DNA of 63,992 nt, counting the filler, from Acidimicrobiia bacterium (GTDB taxonomy: Bacteria > Actinomycetota > Acidimicrobiia > Spongiisociales > JAENVV01): the NCBI GenBank assembly GCA_041577335.1. It is 8 parts of 8 records of this genome, joined end to end, with 100 filler letters (N's around TTAATTAATTAA, not from the genome) between each part and the next. Parts side by side here need not be neighbours in the genome. Positions count along the whole stretch, not along the records: positions 46,108 to 54,620 come from JBFGJH010000094.1; positions 54,721 to 61,783 come from JBFGJH010000097.1; 6 more parts are not named here. One strand, 5' to 3'. Within the stretch, counting starts at the first letter, position 1, and the number at the start of each line of letters is the position of its first letter. This document shows positions 51,179-61,883 of the stretch, in pieces. Both the position numbers and the translations under genes were made by a program. A model generated the notes under the pieces. The model ran no database searches and was not told where the DNA came from. It worked only from the letters and a program-made list of their open reading frames with translations.

Positions 51179-52606
51179 ATGAAAGCAAGACGATTTATTG
51201 CGCTGCTCCTGGCACTCGCCATGGTGGCAGCGGCATGCGGAGGTGACGACGGCGCGACCGAGACCACCCCCGCACCCGCCGATGATGGGGCCACCGCCAC
51301 CACGGCGGCTCCGGCCGACGACGGTGCGACCGACGACGGCGATGCGATGGCGGACGCAGTGACCATCGATTATTGGCTCTGGGACGGCAACCAGCAGCCC
51401 TTCTACGAGCAGTGCGCCAGCGACTTCGAAGCCGCCAACCCCGGCATCGACGTCGTGATCAGCCAGTTCGGCTGGGGCGACTACTGGGACGGCCTGACGA
51501 CGGCTTTCGCATCGAATACTGCGCCGGACGTCTTCACCAACCACCTGGCTCGCTATCCGGAGCTGGTGTCATCGGGTGTGCTGGTGCCGCTCAACGACTT
51601 CGCAGCTGCCGACGGGGTGGAGGACATCTACTTCCCCGGCCTGGCGGATCTGTGGGTCGACCCGAACGGCGACCGGTACGGGTTCCCGAAAGACTTCGAC
51701 ACGGTCGCCATGGCCATCAATCCAGCCGAGCTAGAGGCCGCCGGCCTCACGGTCGAGGACTTCGCCAATGCCACCTGGAACCCCCAGGACGGAGGCACCT
51801 TCGAGCAGCTGATTGCGAGGCTCAGCGTCGACGCCAACGGCGTGCGGGGCGACGAGCCCGGGTTCGATGCCAACAACGTCGCGACTTACGGGTTCGGCCT
51901 CGAGGGTGGATTCGGCGCCTTCGGCCAGACCACGTTCAGCGCGTTTGCCTACTCGACCGGATTCGAGTTCCTGAATCAGAATCCGTGGGGGACCGAGGCG
52001 AACTACGACGATGACCGCCTGGCGGACACCATCACCTGGTTCCGCAGCGGCATCGAGAAGGGCTACATCAGCCCGCTCGAGGACGTCGTGTCCCTCGGTG
52101 GCTTCACGCTGTACGAGAACGGACAGGTTGCGTCGATGACCAACGGCTCATGGATGATCAGCTCCTACTCGGGGCTGGAAGGAACCGACACCGTGTGGGC
52201 GCCGCTGCCGGAAGGCCCGGAGGGCCGCCGCAGCATGTTCAACGGGCTCGCCGACTCGATCACGAACTCGGCCGAGGATCCCGCGGCTGCCTGGGAGTGG
52301 GTCAAGCACATGGCCTCGCCGGCCTGCCAGGAGATCGTCGGCACCGGTGCCGTCGTCTTCCCCGCCATCCCGTCTGCGGCCAAGATCGCCCAGGACGCCC
52401 ACGCCGCCAACGGCGTTGACGTGTCGGCGTTCACGACACACGTGGACAACAACACGACGTTCCTGTTCCCGATCACCAGCGCCGCCTCGGAGGTTGAAGC
52501 GGCCGTCGGTCCGGTCATGGAGGCCATCCTCCTGGGCCAGGTTGACGATCCGTACGCTGCGCTCGACGCTGCCAACGAGCAGGTCAACGCGGTTCTCGGA
52601 GGCTGA
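51179..52606 (+). CDS. Carbohydrate ABC substrate-binding lipoprotein
   Basis: Lipobox AAAC, YWLWD, APDVF, PKDFDT and NGSW. Confidence 0.92.
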   Translation: MKARRFIALLLALAMVAAACGGDDGATETTPAPADDGATATTAAPADDGATDDGDAMADAVTIDYWLWDGNQQPFYEQCASDFEAANPGIDVVISQFGWGDYWDGLTTAFASNTAPDVFTNHLARYPELVSSGVLVPLNDFAAADGVEDIYFPGLADLWVDPNGDRYGFPKDFDTVAMAINPAELEAAGLTVEDFANATWNPQDGGTFEQLIARLSVDANGVRGDEPGFDANNVATYGFGLEGGFGAFGQTTFSAFAYSTGFEFLNQNPWGTEANYDDDRLADTITWFRSGIEKGYISPLEDVVSLGGFTLYENGQVASMTNGSWMISSYSGLEGTDTVWAPLPEGPEGRRSMFNGLADSITNSAEDPAAAWEWVKHMASPACQEIVGTGAVVFPAIPSAAKIAQDAHAANGVDVSAFTTHVDNNTTFLFPITSAASEVEAAVGPVMEAILLGQVDDPYAALDAANEQVNAVLGG

Positions 52607-52622
52607 GTAGAAGCGACGAACG

Positions 52623-52656
52623 GAACCGCGGGGCGGCTGCTGCTGCCCGGCGGTTC
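52623..52656 (+). terminator. GC stem-loop after the binding-protein gene
   Basis: GAACCGCGGGGCGGC-TGCT-GCTGCCCGGCGGTTC. Confidence 0.6.
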
Positions 52657-52665
52657 TCGTCTCCC

Positions 52666-54294
52666 ATGAAGAAACTGGCTACTTCTCTCGCTGCGATCGC
52701 ATTGCTGTCAGCGTGCTCCGCCGACGCCACCATTGCCGTCGAGGTCGATTCCATCGGCCACGCTGAAGCGGCGTCGTGCGAGGACAGGTTCGCCAAGCAC
52801 GCCCTCGACCACACCACGACCGGAGCCAGCTCGGGGACCACCCTGTTCGACGGCACCGGATCAGGGGTGGCCGTGGGAGATTTGACCAACGACGGGTACG
52901 AGGATCTGGTATTCGCCAACCTCAGCGGCGAGAGCTCTGTATTCGTGAACCGGCTTCCCGAGACGGGTAGATTGGAGTTCGAACGGAGCGCTCTCACCAT
53001 CGGGCGATACCGGCACGTGGCCATCGTCGACGTCACGAGTGATGGATGGAATGACATTGTGCTCACCACCGGGGTCGGGCGACCGGTGCTCGCCACGAAC
53101 GACGGAGAGGCCGGCTTCTCGGTGGGCATCTTTCCCGGGATTGATGCGGTCGCCTACTCGATGGGCTGGGTCGACCTGGGCGGCGACGGAGATCTTGATC
53201 TGGTGACCGGCGCCTACAACGCCGAGCTCACAGCGAATCGTGACGTTTCGGCCCTGCTCGGAAACCAGGGTGGTGTGTCGGTATATGAGAGGATCGATGG
53301 CTCGTGGCAGCGGACAAGGCTGACACCGGATGCCCAGGCCCTGGCCATCCGCCTGGCCGACATCAACTACGACGGACTGGCAGACATTCATGTCGGCAAT
53401 GACCTGATCACACCCGACGCACTATGGGTGGCAGCCGATGAGGGCTGGGACCCGGTCGAACCGTTCAGCCGAACAACCTTCAGCACCATGAGCCTCGACG
53501 GAGGCGACATCGACAACGACGGGCGCTTCGAGATACTCGCAACCGACATGCACCCGATGGACGACGATCCGGCGACGGTCGAGGCGTGGGAGCCGGTCAT
53601 GCAAGACATGATGGAGATGCCAGAGGTCGACGACGTGCAACATATGGAGAACGTCCTATCGACGCCAGATGGGGACTCCTTCGATCCGATCACCAACGAC
53701 TTTGGCATCGGCTTCACCGGGTGGAGCTGGTCGGGCGAGTTCGGCGATCTCGACAATGACGGGTTCGTCGACCTGTATGTCGTCAACGGGATGGAATCTG
53801 AGGCCCTGTTCGGCCACATCACGCCGTCGGCACTGATCGAGCCCAACCAGGCGTTCCGCAACCTGGCAGGCACGTCGATGGAGCCGGCACCGGAGTGGGG
53901 TTTGGCAGACACTGATGGAGGGCGCGGCATGATCATGGCGGACCTCGACCGGGATGGCGACCTCGACATCGCCATCAACAACCTCAATGCTCCGGCAGCC
54001 GTTTTCGAGAACAGACTGTGCGCCGGCAACGCGATAACGGTCGACCTCATCTGGGAAGGCACGGGCAATCGGCCGGCCATATCGTCGACGGTTGTGGCGA
54101 GCACGAACGAGGCAACCCACACCCGGCTCGTCGAGGCCACCCGCGGGTACCTTTCTGGATATGCGGGCGGCGTCCATATCGGCATCGGCGACGCCCAGGA
54201 ATCCGACCTCACGATCACCTGGCCCGACGGCGCGGTTTCCGAGGTCGACGACGTCCCGGCCCGCCACCACCTCGTGATCACCAGGTCCGAATGA
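52666..54294 (+). CDS. CRTAC1-family FG-GAP repeat / ASPIC-UnbV lipoprotein
   Basis: Lipobox LSAC, multiple DxDxDGxxD repeats, C-terminal GY...HIGIG...WPDG. Confidence 0.88.
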   Translation: MKKLATSLAAIALLSACSADATIAVEVDSIGHAEAASCEDRFAKHALDHTTTGASSGTTLFDGTGSGVAVGDLTNDGYEDLVFANLSGESSVFVNRLPETGRLEFERSALTIGRYRHVAIVDVTSDGWNDIVLTTGVGRPVLATNDGEAGFSVGIFPGIDAVAYSMGWVDLGGDGDLDLVTGAYNAELTANRDVSALLGNQGGVSVYERIDGSWQRTRLTPDAQALAIRLADINYDGLADIHVGNDLITPDALWVAADEGWDPVEPFSRTTFSTMSLDGGDIDNDGRFEILATDMHPMDDDPATVEAWEPVMQDMMEMPEVDDVQHMENVLSTPDGDSFDPITNDFGIGFTGWSWSGEFGDLDNDGFVDLYVVNGMESEALFGHITPSALIEPNQAFRNLAGTSMEPAPEWGLADTDGGRGMIMADLDRDGDLDIAINNLNAPAAVFENRLCAGNAITVDLIWEGTGNRPAISSTVVASTNEATHTRLVEATRGYLSGYAGGVHIGIGDAQESDLTITWPDGAVSEVDDVPARHHLVITRSE

Positions 54295-54620
54295 ACACAG
54301 TGGAGGTCGGTGGCCTCGAGTTGAGAACTGCGTCCGGCGGCCGCGAGACGGCGGGAGGTTTCATCCTGGAGCCAGGCGATGTCGCGCTCGAGCATCCGCT
54401 GGGGTCGACCACGTTCTACCGGCACGGCTGGCACTCATGGGCGCTCTCGCATTGGGCGGTAATCGACGATCCCCCGGCGGTGATACGCGACCCGGAGCGT
54501 CGCCGGTTGGCTGAGGACCCGCTCCTGGCAGAGCACCCGGGGCACGTCGGGAACTACGTCGGTGCCATCTCGGGCCCGGATGGCACAGCCCTCCTCCTGG
54601 GGGCTCTCGGAATGGACACG
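54291..54620 (+). CDS. Probable alpha-galactosidase (GH36), N-terminal part
   Basis: ATGA overlap; FYRHGWHSW motif resembles Thermus/Thermotoga-type GH36. Confidence 0.62.
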
Positions 54621-54720
54621 NNNNNNNNNNNNNNNNNNNNNNNNNNNNNNNNNNNNNNNNNNNNTTAATTAATTAANNNNNNNNNNNNNNNNNNNNNNNN
54701 NNNNNNNNNNNNNNNNNNNN
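54621..54720. other. Artificial contig linker
   Basis: N44-TTAATTAATTAA-N44. Confidence 0.99.
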
Positions 54721-55902
54721 AGTGTGCCTCACAACGCACCCGTCGGAGAAGAGTTCCTCGATCGATCGGCCGTCAAGGCCTTACTCGCGTACATCCGCAT
54801 CGGTCTGGCGCCCGACCTGATTGCGGTCGACGACCTTCTCGCTGTGTTGAATCGTCCGGCTCGCCGGCTCTCCAAGATGGGTCGAGACATCTTCAAACGT
54901 CAGAAACGATGGACGATCACTCGGCTACGAGCCGAGGCCAACGCGCTGACGGGTTCGGCAAACGAGCGATTCCACATCTTTGTCGACGACCTCGAGAGTG
55001 TGGTCACGGCCGTCGCCGACCAGAGCACCGCGTCGGTGGTCGCCATGATCCGATCGACCATCGGACTCGACAACGCAGCAGCCCTGCTCGATGGCTCCCG
55101 CTCAACGGCCGACCGGAGCGGCCATACCGACGATCTCGACGCATTGCAGCAGATCGCCGAACTCTTTCCGAAACCGAACAGGTTCGAGATCGAGCTGCGA
55201 GATCTTCTCGGTAGACCGGGCCATTCCCACGGCGTGACGCTGTCGACAATCCACAAAGTGAAAGGTATGGAATGGCCTCACGTCATCGTGATGCCGGTCT
55301 CCACCAGAACGATGCCCCATCATCGTGCGAGCGATATCGAGGAGGAGCGTCGCATCTTTCATGTGGCGATTACGCGCGCTTCCGAGCAGGCGGTCGTCAT
55401 GAGCGATACCGAACAGCCATCCCGGTTCATCGGAGAGTTGGCCGGCACGGCTCGTTCAGATCCGCTTCCCAGCGAGCCACCCACGGGAGGGGTGCTGGCC
55501 GGCGTTGGCCAGACCGTCAGCTGGAACGGCCAACAGGGCGAGGTCACGACCGTGGGCAAGACCGGGGTGACCGTGCTGCTCGCGACCGGGTTCCGCCTCG
55601 ACGTGCCCTGGCGGGAGATAGTGACGGTCGATGGAGCCCGCGGTCCTCTGGCTGCTCCCCTACCGGCCGATCGCGATCCCGATCCCCAGCTCTTCGAAGC
55701 GCTACGGTCGTGGCGCAAGGAGCGGGCGAGCGAGGACGACGTACCCGCCTACATCGTGCTTTCCGACAAGCACCTCCGGGCGATCGCCGCGACCCGCCCA
55801 ACGACACTCGACGAGTTGCTCAACTGTCCCGGGATAGGACCCACCAAGCTCGATCGCTATGGCGAGGAAATCCTGGACGCAATCGAGACCGTCGACGCTT
55901 AG
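54721..55902 (+). CDS. UvrD/Rep helicase C-terminal half with HRDC domain (UvrD2-like; 5' truncated)
   Basis: STIHKVKGMEW, EEERRIFHVAITRA and HRDC LRSWR...VPAYIV...GIGPTKLDRYG. Confidence 0.88.
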   Translation, partial: SVPHNAPVGEEFLDRSAVKALLAYIRIGLAPDLIAVDDLLAVLNRPARRLSKMGRDIFKRQKRWTITRLRAEANALTGSANERFHIFVDDLESVVTAVADQSTASVVAMIRSTIGLDNAAALLDGSRSTADRSGHTDDLDALQQIAELFPKPNRFEIELRDLLGRPGHSHGVTLSTIHKVKGMEWPHVIVMPVSTRTMPHHRASDIEEERRIFHVAITRASEQAVVMSDTEQPSRFIGELAGTARSDPLPSEPPTGGVLAGVGQTVSWNGQQGEVTTVGKTGVTVLLATGFRLDVPWREIVTVDGARGPLAAPLPADRDPDPQLFEALRSWRKERASEDDVPAYIVLSDKHLRAIAATRPTTLDELLNCPGIGPTKLDRYGEEILDAIETVDA

Positions 55903-55908
55903 AGGCGC

Positions 55909-58602
55909 CTAGCGCCGCTTCCGATCGAGCAAGCGGCCAACCGTGGCGACCTCCTCGGGAGCCGGAGCGTCCACGAGGAGCCCGGTCGCCTCGTCAATGA
56001 CCTTCTCAGGTGGTCGACGGCTAGCCGGTCGGACCGCCGCCTTCCAGACCGTGAGGTCACCGGTCGAGAAAACGAGGCGGCGTAGCCCCACATCGATCAA
56101 GAACAACCCCAACGCCAAGCCCGCCAGCCACGGCCACAACTCGATGGGGGCGGTTCCCACATCCGGTGCCTTCTCGAAAACCTCGGGGACCATCGGGTTC
56201 ACCCTGCCGCCCGTGATCGCGGCAATGTCGAAGGCCAGGGTTGGATCTGGCTCGCGGAATGCGAACTCGTCCCCATAACCGGCGATCATCCCGGCGCTAC
56301 CGCCGGCAACAGTGCCCTGTGCGGAGTCGATCGACACCCCTACCCAATACGCCCCAGCCTGGTCCGCCCTGGTCGAGCCCTCGAAGGTGGAGGTTGACGT
56401 GCGCTGAAGCGGGACCACACGTATCTCGCCGTCAGGGGCTCTCACCCGGGCAATGGCAGCAGCATCGATGGCTATCTCGTCGGAGACATACCTGATCTCC
56501 AGGTGGCCCTCGTCCAGGCGCAACTCGGGTGGCGTCTCCAGGTAGGGAGGAAGGACATCGCGAACGAGTGCTCCCCAGAATTCCACGTAGCCGTCCCATG
56601 AAACCCACTCGGCCGACCAGCGCGAAGTGGCGTCGGAGGTCCAGGCGGTCACCCGACCCAGGCCGCGCTGCCAGGTAGCGAGCAACGGGTCCTCTTCACC
56701 GATCAGCAACGGGGTCGATGCCGTGTTCTTCGGCTGGGTGACCACATACCCCAATAGCGCCGGCGATGTCACGAGGTCGGCCGTCACTTGCGATGGGGCC
56801 GCCAAGATCGGGAAGAACTGTCCTTCCACCGTGAGGTTGCGCTGCACTGTGAGCGTTTCTTCGACGAAGATGTCCGGAATCGAGGAGAGGTCGGTGCCCG
56901 GGTAGTAGCGCCCACCACCGACGGCCGCCATGCGCTGCAACGTCGTGCCAGGCCCTTCGCCGGTGCCCAACACCGAGACCGTGATCCCGTCGTCCGCAAT
57001 CTCTCGAACGAGGGGGAGGAGGCCACTCTCATTGGGATCCCATCCATCAGTGAACAGAACGATGTGGCGAAGGGCATCATCGACACCCTTCAGCTCGTCA
57101 TACGCCGCCCGAAGACCGGTGGATATCTGGGTATCCCCCTGCGGGAACAGCTCACCGAGAGCTGCTCGAGCCGTGGCATCGTCCGGTTTGAGGTTGAGAG
57201 GCAAGACCCAGTCTGTTCCCGTGGAGAATGCCAGCACACCCACTCGATCGGTAGGCTCGAGAGCGTTGATCGCCTGGGCGGCACCCGCGCGGGAAATGTC
57301 CGTCTTGTTGACGCCGCCTTCAACGAATTCTTCACCACCGCAGTGACACTGACCCATCGAACCTGAGGTGTCGATCAAGAGGACCTCTGCGACGGGCTGG
57401 CGCCGAACGAGATCGTCCGGATTCGACCGCACCGGCAGGAGCTCTTCGAGCAGTGACTGCTCATACCCGCCCATGGCATACGCCTGATCGCCCCCCACCA
57501 CAACGAGGCCCCGCCCAAGATCCTCGACATAACTCGTCAAGCGCTCCACGTCGGCGTCTGCGGGCGCGGGAATGTTCACGAGAACCACTGCGTCGTAGTC
57601 GAGGAGGGCGCGGTCATCGGGGATGGCACCCACCCGTTCGACCGCCAGGCCCCCGGCTGCGAGGGCCCTGAGCAACTCGTCGGCATCGCCGGCTTTGCCT
57701 TCCACGACGGCGACCCTGGCCGGCCCCAGTACCCGGGTGAGACCGCGATTGGTGTTGTTCTCAACCTGCGTGTCGCCCGCCAATTCAGCGGTCGCCCGCA
57801 CCTCGAGCGGTCCGGGCGCCGGGGCGGCCACCTCCACCAGCACCGTATTGTCTCCGATCACGACATCGACGGTCATCCGTTGCTCTTCGCCGGTGCTGTC
57901 TTCGATCAAAACCTCGGCCATCCCGACAACATTGGATCGGATCCGTATTTCTGCAGTGACCCGGTCACCTTCCCGCACCGCAGGAGGCAGATCGACTCCC
58001 TCCACCAACACGTCGGGACCTCGTGACGAGCCAAGCTGCACGACATCGACTGCAATACCCAATTCGGCCAGCTCCTCGGCAGCCACTCGGGCGCCGCCGC
58101 TTGTGGCTACTCCGTCGGTGAGCACAACGACACGCCGTGAGCCTTCGGTGGGCAGGAGGGCGCCCGTGGCTCGCAATGCCCCGGCGAGGTCGGTGGCGGA
58201 ATCGTCGACCACCGAGGTGATGCTGCCGCTCGGCACCTCAGAAGACAACGACGAGTCCACCCGTACGTCGGCGCCAAACGCCACGACGCCGATGCGAGCA
58301 TCGGCCTGGGCGGCAGCGTCCTCGAGCGCGGCATCGAGGAACTCATCCTGGGCAAGGATGGCCTCGCCTGCAATCGATGCAGATCGGTCCACGAGAAAGA
58401 CCACCGATTGGTCATGGGAAGGTCGGCGCACCGCCGGCGCGGCGACCGCGATCACCAACAGCGCCACCGCCACCATGCGGACGACGACCGCAATTCGGTG
58501 CTGGCGACGAGACACCGTCCGGGTGCCGCGGGCGGCTATCAGCCAGACGAACACCAAGAGGGGCGGGACCAGAGCCAACGCCCAGGGAGTGGCGAACGTC
58601 AT
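55909..58602 (-). CDS. Membrane protein with two VWA domains and a GATase-like domain
   Basis: DRSAS/LTDG and DTSGS/FTDG MIDAS sets, GLVVVGG and WQRGLGRV; N- and C-terminal TM helices. Confidence 0.88.
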   Translation of the reverse strand: MTFATPWALALVPPLLVFVWLIAARGTRTVSRRQHRIAVVVRMVAVALLVIAVAAPAVRRPSHDQSVVFLVDRSASIAGEAILAQDEFLDAALEDAAAQADARIGVVAFGADVRVDSSLSSEVPSGSITSVVDDSATDLAGALRATGALLPTEGSRRVVVLTDGVATSGGARVAAEELAELGIAVDVVQLGSSRGPDVLVEGVDLPPAVREGDRVTAEIRIRSNVVGMAEVLIEDSTGEEQRMTVDVVIGDNTVLVEVAAPAPGPLEVRATAELAGDTQVENNTNRGLTRVLGPARVAVVEGKAGDADELLRALAAGGLAVERVGAIPDDRALLDYDAVVLVNIPAPADADVERLTSYVEDLGRGLVVVGGDQAYAMGGYEQSLLEELLPVRSNPDDLVRRQPVAEVLLIDTSGSMGQCHCGGEEFVEGGVNKTDISRAGAAQAINALEPTDRVGVLAFSTGTDWVLPLNLKPDDATARAALGELFPQGDTQISTGLRAAYDELKGVDDALRHIVLFTDGWDPNESGLLPLVREIADDGITVSVLGTGEGPGTTLQRMAAVGGGRYYPGTDLSSIPDIFVEETLTVQRNLTVEGQFFPILAAPSQVTADLVTSPALLGYVVTQPKNTASTPLLIGEEDPLLATWQRGLGRVTAWTSDATSRWSAEWVSWDGYVEFWGALVRDVLPPYLETPPELRLDEGHLEIRYVSDEIAIDAAAIARVRAPDGEIRVVPLQRTSTSTFEGSTRADQAGAYWVGVSIDSAQGTVAGGSAGMIAGYGDEFAFREPDPTLAFDIAAITGGRVNPMVPEVFEKAPDVGTAPIELWPWLAGLALGLFLIDVGLRRLVFSTGDLTVWKAAVRPASRRPPEKVIDEATGLLVDAPAPEEVATVGRLLDRKRR

Positions 58603-60413
58603 GCCGAACCGACTTGAGTCGACCGCGCTCGCACCGGGCGACGGTGGCCGATCCACCATTCCAACGCAAGAAACACCAGGAGTGCGCCCAAGAACCAAGC
58701 CACCCATTCCCGGACCAGTTCGCCCGAGAAGCCACCGTCGGCAGATGGCGAGACAACCGCGAGGTCGTGGAAATCACCGGCCGACTCGGTTGGAGCGAAC
58801 CTGCGCAGGATCTCGTCGGTGGCGACGATCGCCCCAGATGCGTCGACATACTCGATGGCGTATCGGCCGACCTGGTCCGTTGCCTGATACAGCGACGCAC
58901 CCGCGGCCAACTCGCCCACAGACCCATCGGGATGTGTGACGCGGGTGCGGGCACCCTCCGGGGGCGAGAGTACCGCGGGCACGCCGGCGAGCTCAGGGAT
59001 CACCGTGAGCGCTCCCCCGCCTGCGAGATGTTCGAGAATCCTCGTGCCCATCACCGGAAAGGCGATTTGAATGGGCAGGTTCGAGTGGGTGACGTCAAAC
59101 GTGAAATAGACCACTCGTTGCCCGTTGACGCTGCCCAGCAGGACCAACGGCACGTCGCCGGCGCGCACCATGGGGAACCATGAGTCTGATTCCACAAGCT
59201 GCGATTCGGCAACGACCACATCCGACAGATCGACCTGGTCGAGGATCGGCTCACCCGGTTGCTGGAAGGTCACGCCGACGTTTTGGACCGTACCAACGAG
59301 TGTGATGCCCGGAGGTGGGGTGTCTGGCCGGATCAACCACGTCGGCCGGTCAATATCCGGCAGCGGCCCGCCATCGACAATCAACAGATCCGACGCATCG
59401 CTGCCGGCCCAACCAAACGGCGCCGCGTCGACGAGAGCGGTGAGAAAAGCAGAGCCTTCTCCTACCACCGACACCGTGTTGGCTTGCGGGCGGCTGACCG
59501 TGATCGTGGCAGTATCGTCCAAGGTCAGGCCGTCGTCGTCGCCCAAGAGGTGGGCAGTAATGGTGTCGCCCGGCGATGCGTCGAGGGGAATCGTCTGGCG
59601 GCTCCTGCCGAGCGCCTCGATCTCAACCGATGCCACGACAGTCACGAGGTCGTTGACGGCCACCTCCACCTGCCGGCTGACGGCCTCCTCGCTCCAATTG
59701 GCGAGTTCCAAGAAGACTCGTGTCGCCCCTTCCGAGGTGGGCTCGGTCGAGAATGCGGCGATACCAACATTGGCTGCCGTATCGGTGAATACCAGGTGCT
59801 CGGCATTGAGGATCGGCTCAGAGTCGAGCGTCGCGCCGTCCGGGCCGCCGTCGGAGAACAGGAGCACCTTGGTTGGCCGATCGGGGGTTTCCAGTCCGCG
59901 GGCAAGGCGGAGCGCCTCGTCGAGTCGTTCGATTCCGCCGCCCGGTGTGAGTGAGCGAATCGACTCGGCGACCGTGAGCGGGTCCGACGAAAACGCCGTC
60001 ACAACCCGCGGATGAGGCCCGGCTTCGACGATCGACACGATGTTCTCGCGTGAAGCGTCTTCGGCGAGCGAGAGGGCTCGTTCCTCCAGCAGATCCCAGC
60101 GATCGGCCATCGCCATCGACCCGGACGTGTCGATGACCATGACGGTATGGGGTCCCAGCTCTGTCTGCTGCGCCAAGAAGGGACGGGCGAGCGCAAGTAC
60201 AAAGAGCCCGAGAACAATCAACTGCAAGATCAGCAAAGGCGTCGCTCTCAGCCGCTGCCATGGCAGTGCCGCAGACACCGACGTCCCTGCTTGTTCCCAC
60301 AGGATGATCGACGGAACAACCATCCGGGACCGGCGGGACCTGAGCATGTAGAGCGCAATGAGCGGGCCCGCCAAGGCCGCCAGTCCGAAGGCTGCTGGGG
60401 CCAGGAACCTCAT
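58599..60413 (-). CDS. BatA-N / VWA domain membrane protein
   Basis: VPSIILW, LALARP, IDTSGSM, FSDG and C-terminal LEW. Confidence 0.88.
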   Translation of the reverse strand: MRFLAPAAFGLAALAGPLIALYMLRSRRSRMVVPSIILWEQAGTSVSAALPWQRLRATPLLILQLIVLGLFVLALARPFLAQQTELGPHTVMVIDTSGSMAMADRWDLLEERALSLAEDASRENIVSIVEAGPHPRVVTAFSSDPLTVAESIRSLTPGGGIERLDEALRLARGLETPDRPTKVLLFSDGGPDGATLDSEPILNAEHLVFTDTAANVGIAAFSTEPTSEGATRVFLELANWSEEAVSRQVEVAVNDLVTVVASVEIEALGRSRQTIPLDASPGDTITAHLLGDDDGLTLDDTATITVSRPQANTVSVVGEGSAFLTALVDAAPFGWAGSDASDLLIVDGGPLPDIDRPTWLIRPDTPPPGITLVGTVQNVGVTFQQPGEPILDQVDLSDVVVAESQLVESDSWFPMVRAGDVPLVLLGSVNGQRVVYFTFDVTHSNLPIQIAFPVMGTRILEHLAGGGALTVIPELAGVPAVLSPPEGARTRVTHPDGSVGELAAGASLYQATDQVGRYAIEYVDASGAIVATDEILRRFAPTESAGDFHDLAVVSPSADGGFSGELVREWVAWFLGALLVFLALEWWIGHRRPVRARSTQVGSA

Positions 60414-61279
60414 CGGACCAGTTGCGTTCTGGCGAGCTCGGCCAGCACCAGTTCGTGGGCTTCAGGGACTGCTGGGACGAGGACATGGTCCAGTCCGTTG
60501 CGGCGGGCCCGGGAAGCCACGCTCTGGATGAAGCCATCCACCGTGTCGCGATATTGCTTCATGGTCTCAGGCGTCGTTGAGACATTGACCTCTTGAGCGG
60601 TCTCGGCGTCGACGAGGCGGAGATCACCACTGATGACCGGATCCAATTCGTCTGGAGCAAGCACATGGAGCACCACTCCACCACCGGCAACTCCGAATGT
60701 GTCGAGTGAGTCGATCAACCCGCGACCGAGGAAATCAGAGATGATGACCGCCGGGCCGCGTGTTGCCCTTTGTCCAGCCATGAATCGGGCAGTCGCGGCC
60801 AGGTTGGCTTCGCCCTTGGGAGGGATTCCTTCGAGCCACTCCTCCAGCACAGGCCAGGCGCTGAGATGACGCAAGGCGGGACGAGCGTCGAAGGGAGCTT
60901 CGCTATCACCCGGGGTGCGGAACGGCAGGACCCGATCCCCGGCGGCCAGGCCCAAAAAGCCGATCATCCCGGCCAATCGTTGCGCAACGAGAAGCTTGTG
61001 GCCAAAGGCCATCGAGAGCGACCGATCGACGACCAGGCGAACGGGAAGTTCGTCCTCAGCTTCGAACAGCCTGATGAGCACCACGCCGAGGCGAGCCCAC
61101 AACGTGTGATCGATGCGGCGGAAGTCGTCCCCCGGCGTGTATTCGCGATAGTCGGCGAAGTCGAGCGACTCACCGCGTCGAACGGAGGCGTGGCCACCCG
61201 ACCACACCCCCCGGACTCGCCGATGCGACCGCAGGGCCATCCTCTCGAGACGCGCTCGGAATTCTGCTTCGAGCAACAT
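60410..61279 (-). CDS. DUF58 protein
   Basis: DFADYREYTPGDDFRRID, VDRSLSM and ISDF. Confidence 0.92.
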   Translation of the reverse strand: MLLEAEFRARLERMALRSHRRVRGVWSGGHASVRRGESLDFADYREYTPGDDFRRIDHTLWARLGVVLIRLFEAEDELPVRLVVDRSLSMAFGHKLLVAQRLAGMIGFLGLAAGDRVLPFRTPGDSEAPFDARPALRHLSAWPVLEEWLEGIPPKGEANLAATARFMAGQRATRGPAVIISDFLGRGLIDSLDTFGVAGGGVVLHVLAPDELDPVISGDLRLVDAETAQEVNVSTTPETMKQYRDTVDGFIQSVASRARRNGLDHVLVPAVPEAHELVLAELARTQLVR

Positions 61280-61783
61280 CAGTCGACGGCTTCGGGTTCT
61301 GGGTGTCGTTCCAGCACCGCGTTGACCAGCGCGTCGGCATCCACCCCATCAGCGATCGCCTCATAGCCCAAAACGAGGCGATGACGCAGCGCAAAGGGTG
61401 CGATGGCCCGAATGTCATGAGCCGAGAGGTTGGGACGCCCCTCCAGCAATGCCGCGACTTTGCCACCGAGAACCATCGCCTGTGCGCCGCGCGGGCTCGC
61501 TCCGAATCGAACGTATTTCTGGATGAGCGACGGGGCCGATGGGGACTCCGGATGCGTCGCCTCGACAATTCGGGCTGCGTACTCGACCACGTGGCGGGCG
61601 GCCGGCAGCCTGCGCACAGCGGCGCCCATTTCCAGCAGTTCATCTCCGGACACCACAGGATCGGTTGTCGCTTCAGCTCCGGCTGTGGTGCGGCTGACGA
61701 TCTCGGCCAACTCGGAGCTCGTCGGATAGCCGACCACTACCTTGAACAGGAACCGGTCGAGCTGGGCTTCTGGCAACGGGTAG
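61279..61783 (-). CDS. MoxR-family AAA+ ATPase, C-terminal part
   Basis: [17 protein letters not shown] and LRHRL. Confidence 0.92.
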
Positions 61784-61883
61784 NNNNNNNNNNNNNNNNN
61801 NNNNNNNNNNNNNNNNNNNNNNNNNNNTTAATTAATTAANNNNNNNNNNNNNNNNNNNNNNNNNNNNNNNNNNNNNNNNNNNN
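61784..61883. other. Artificial contig linker
   Basis: N44-TTAATTAATTAA-N44. Confidence 0.99.
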
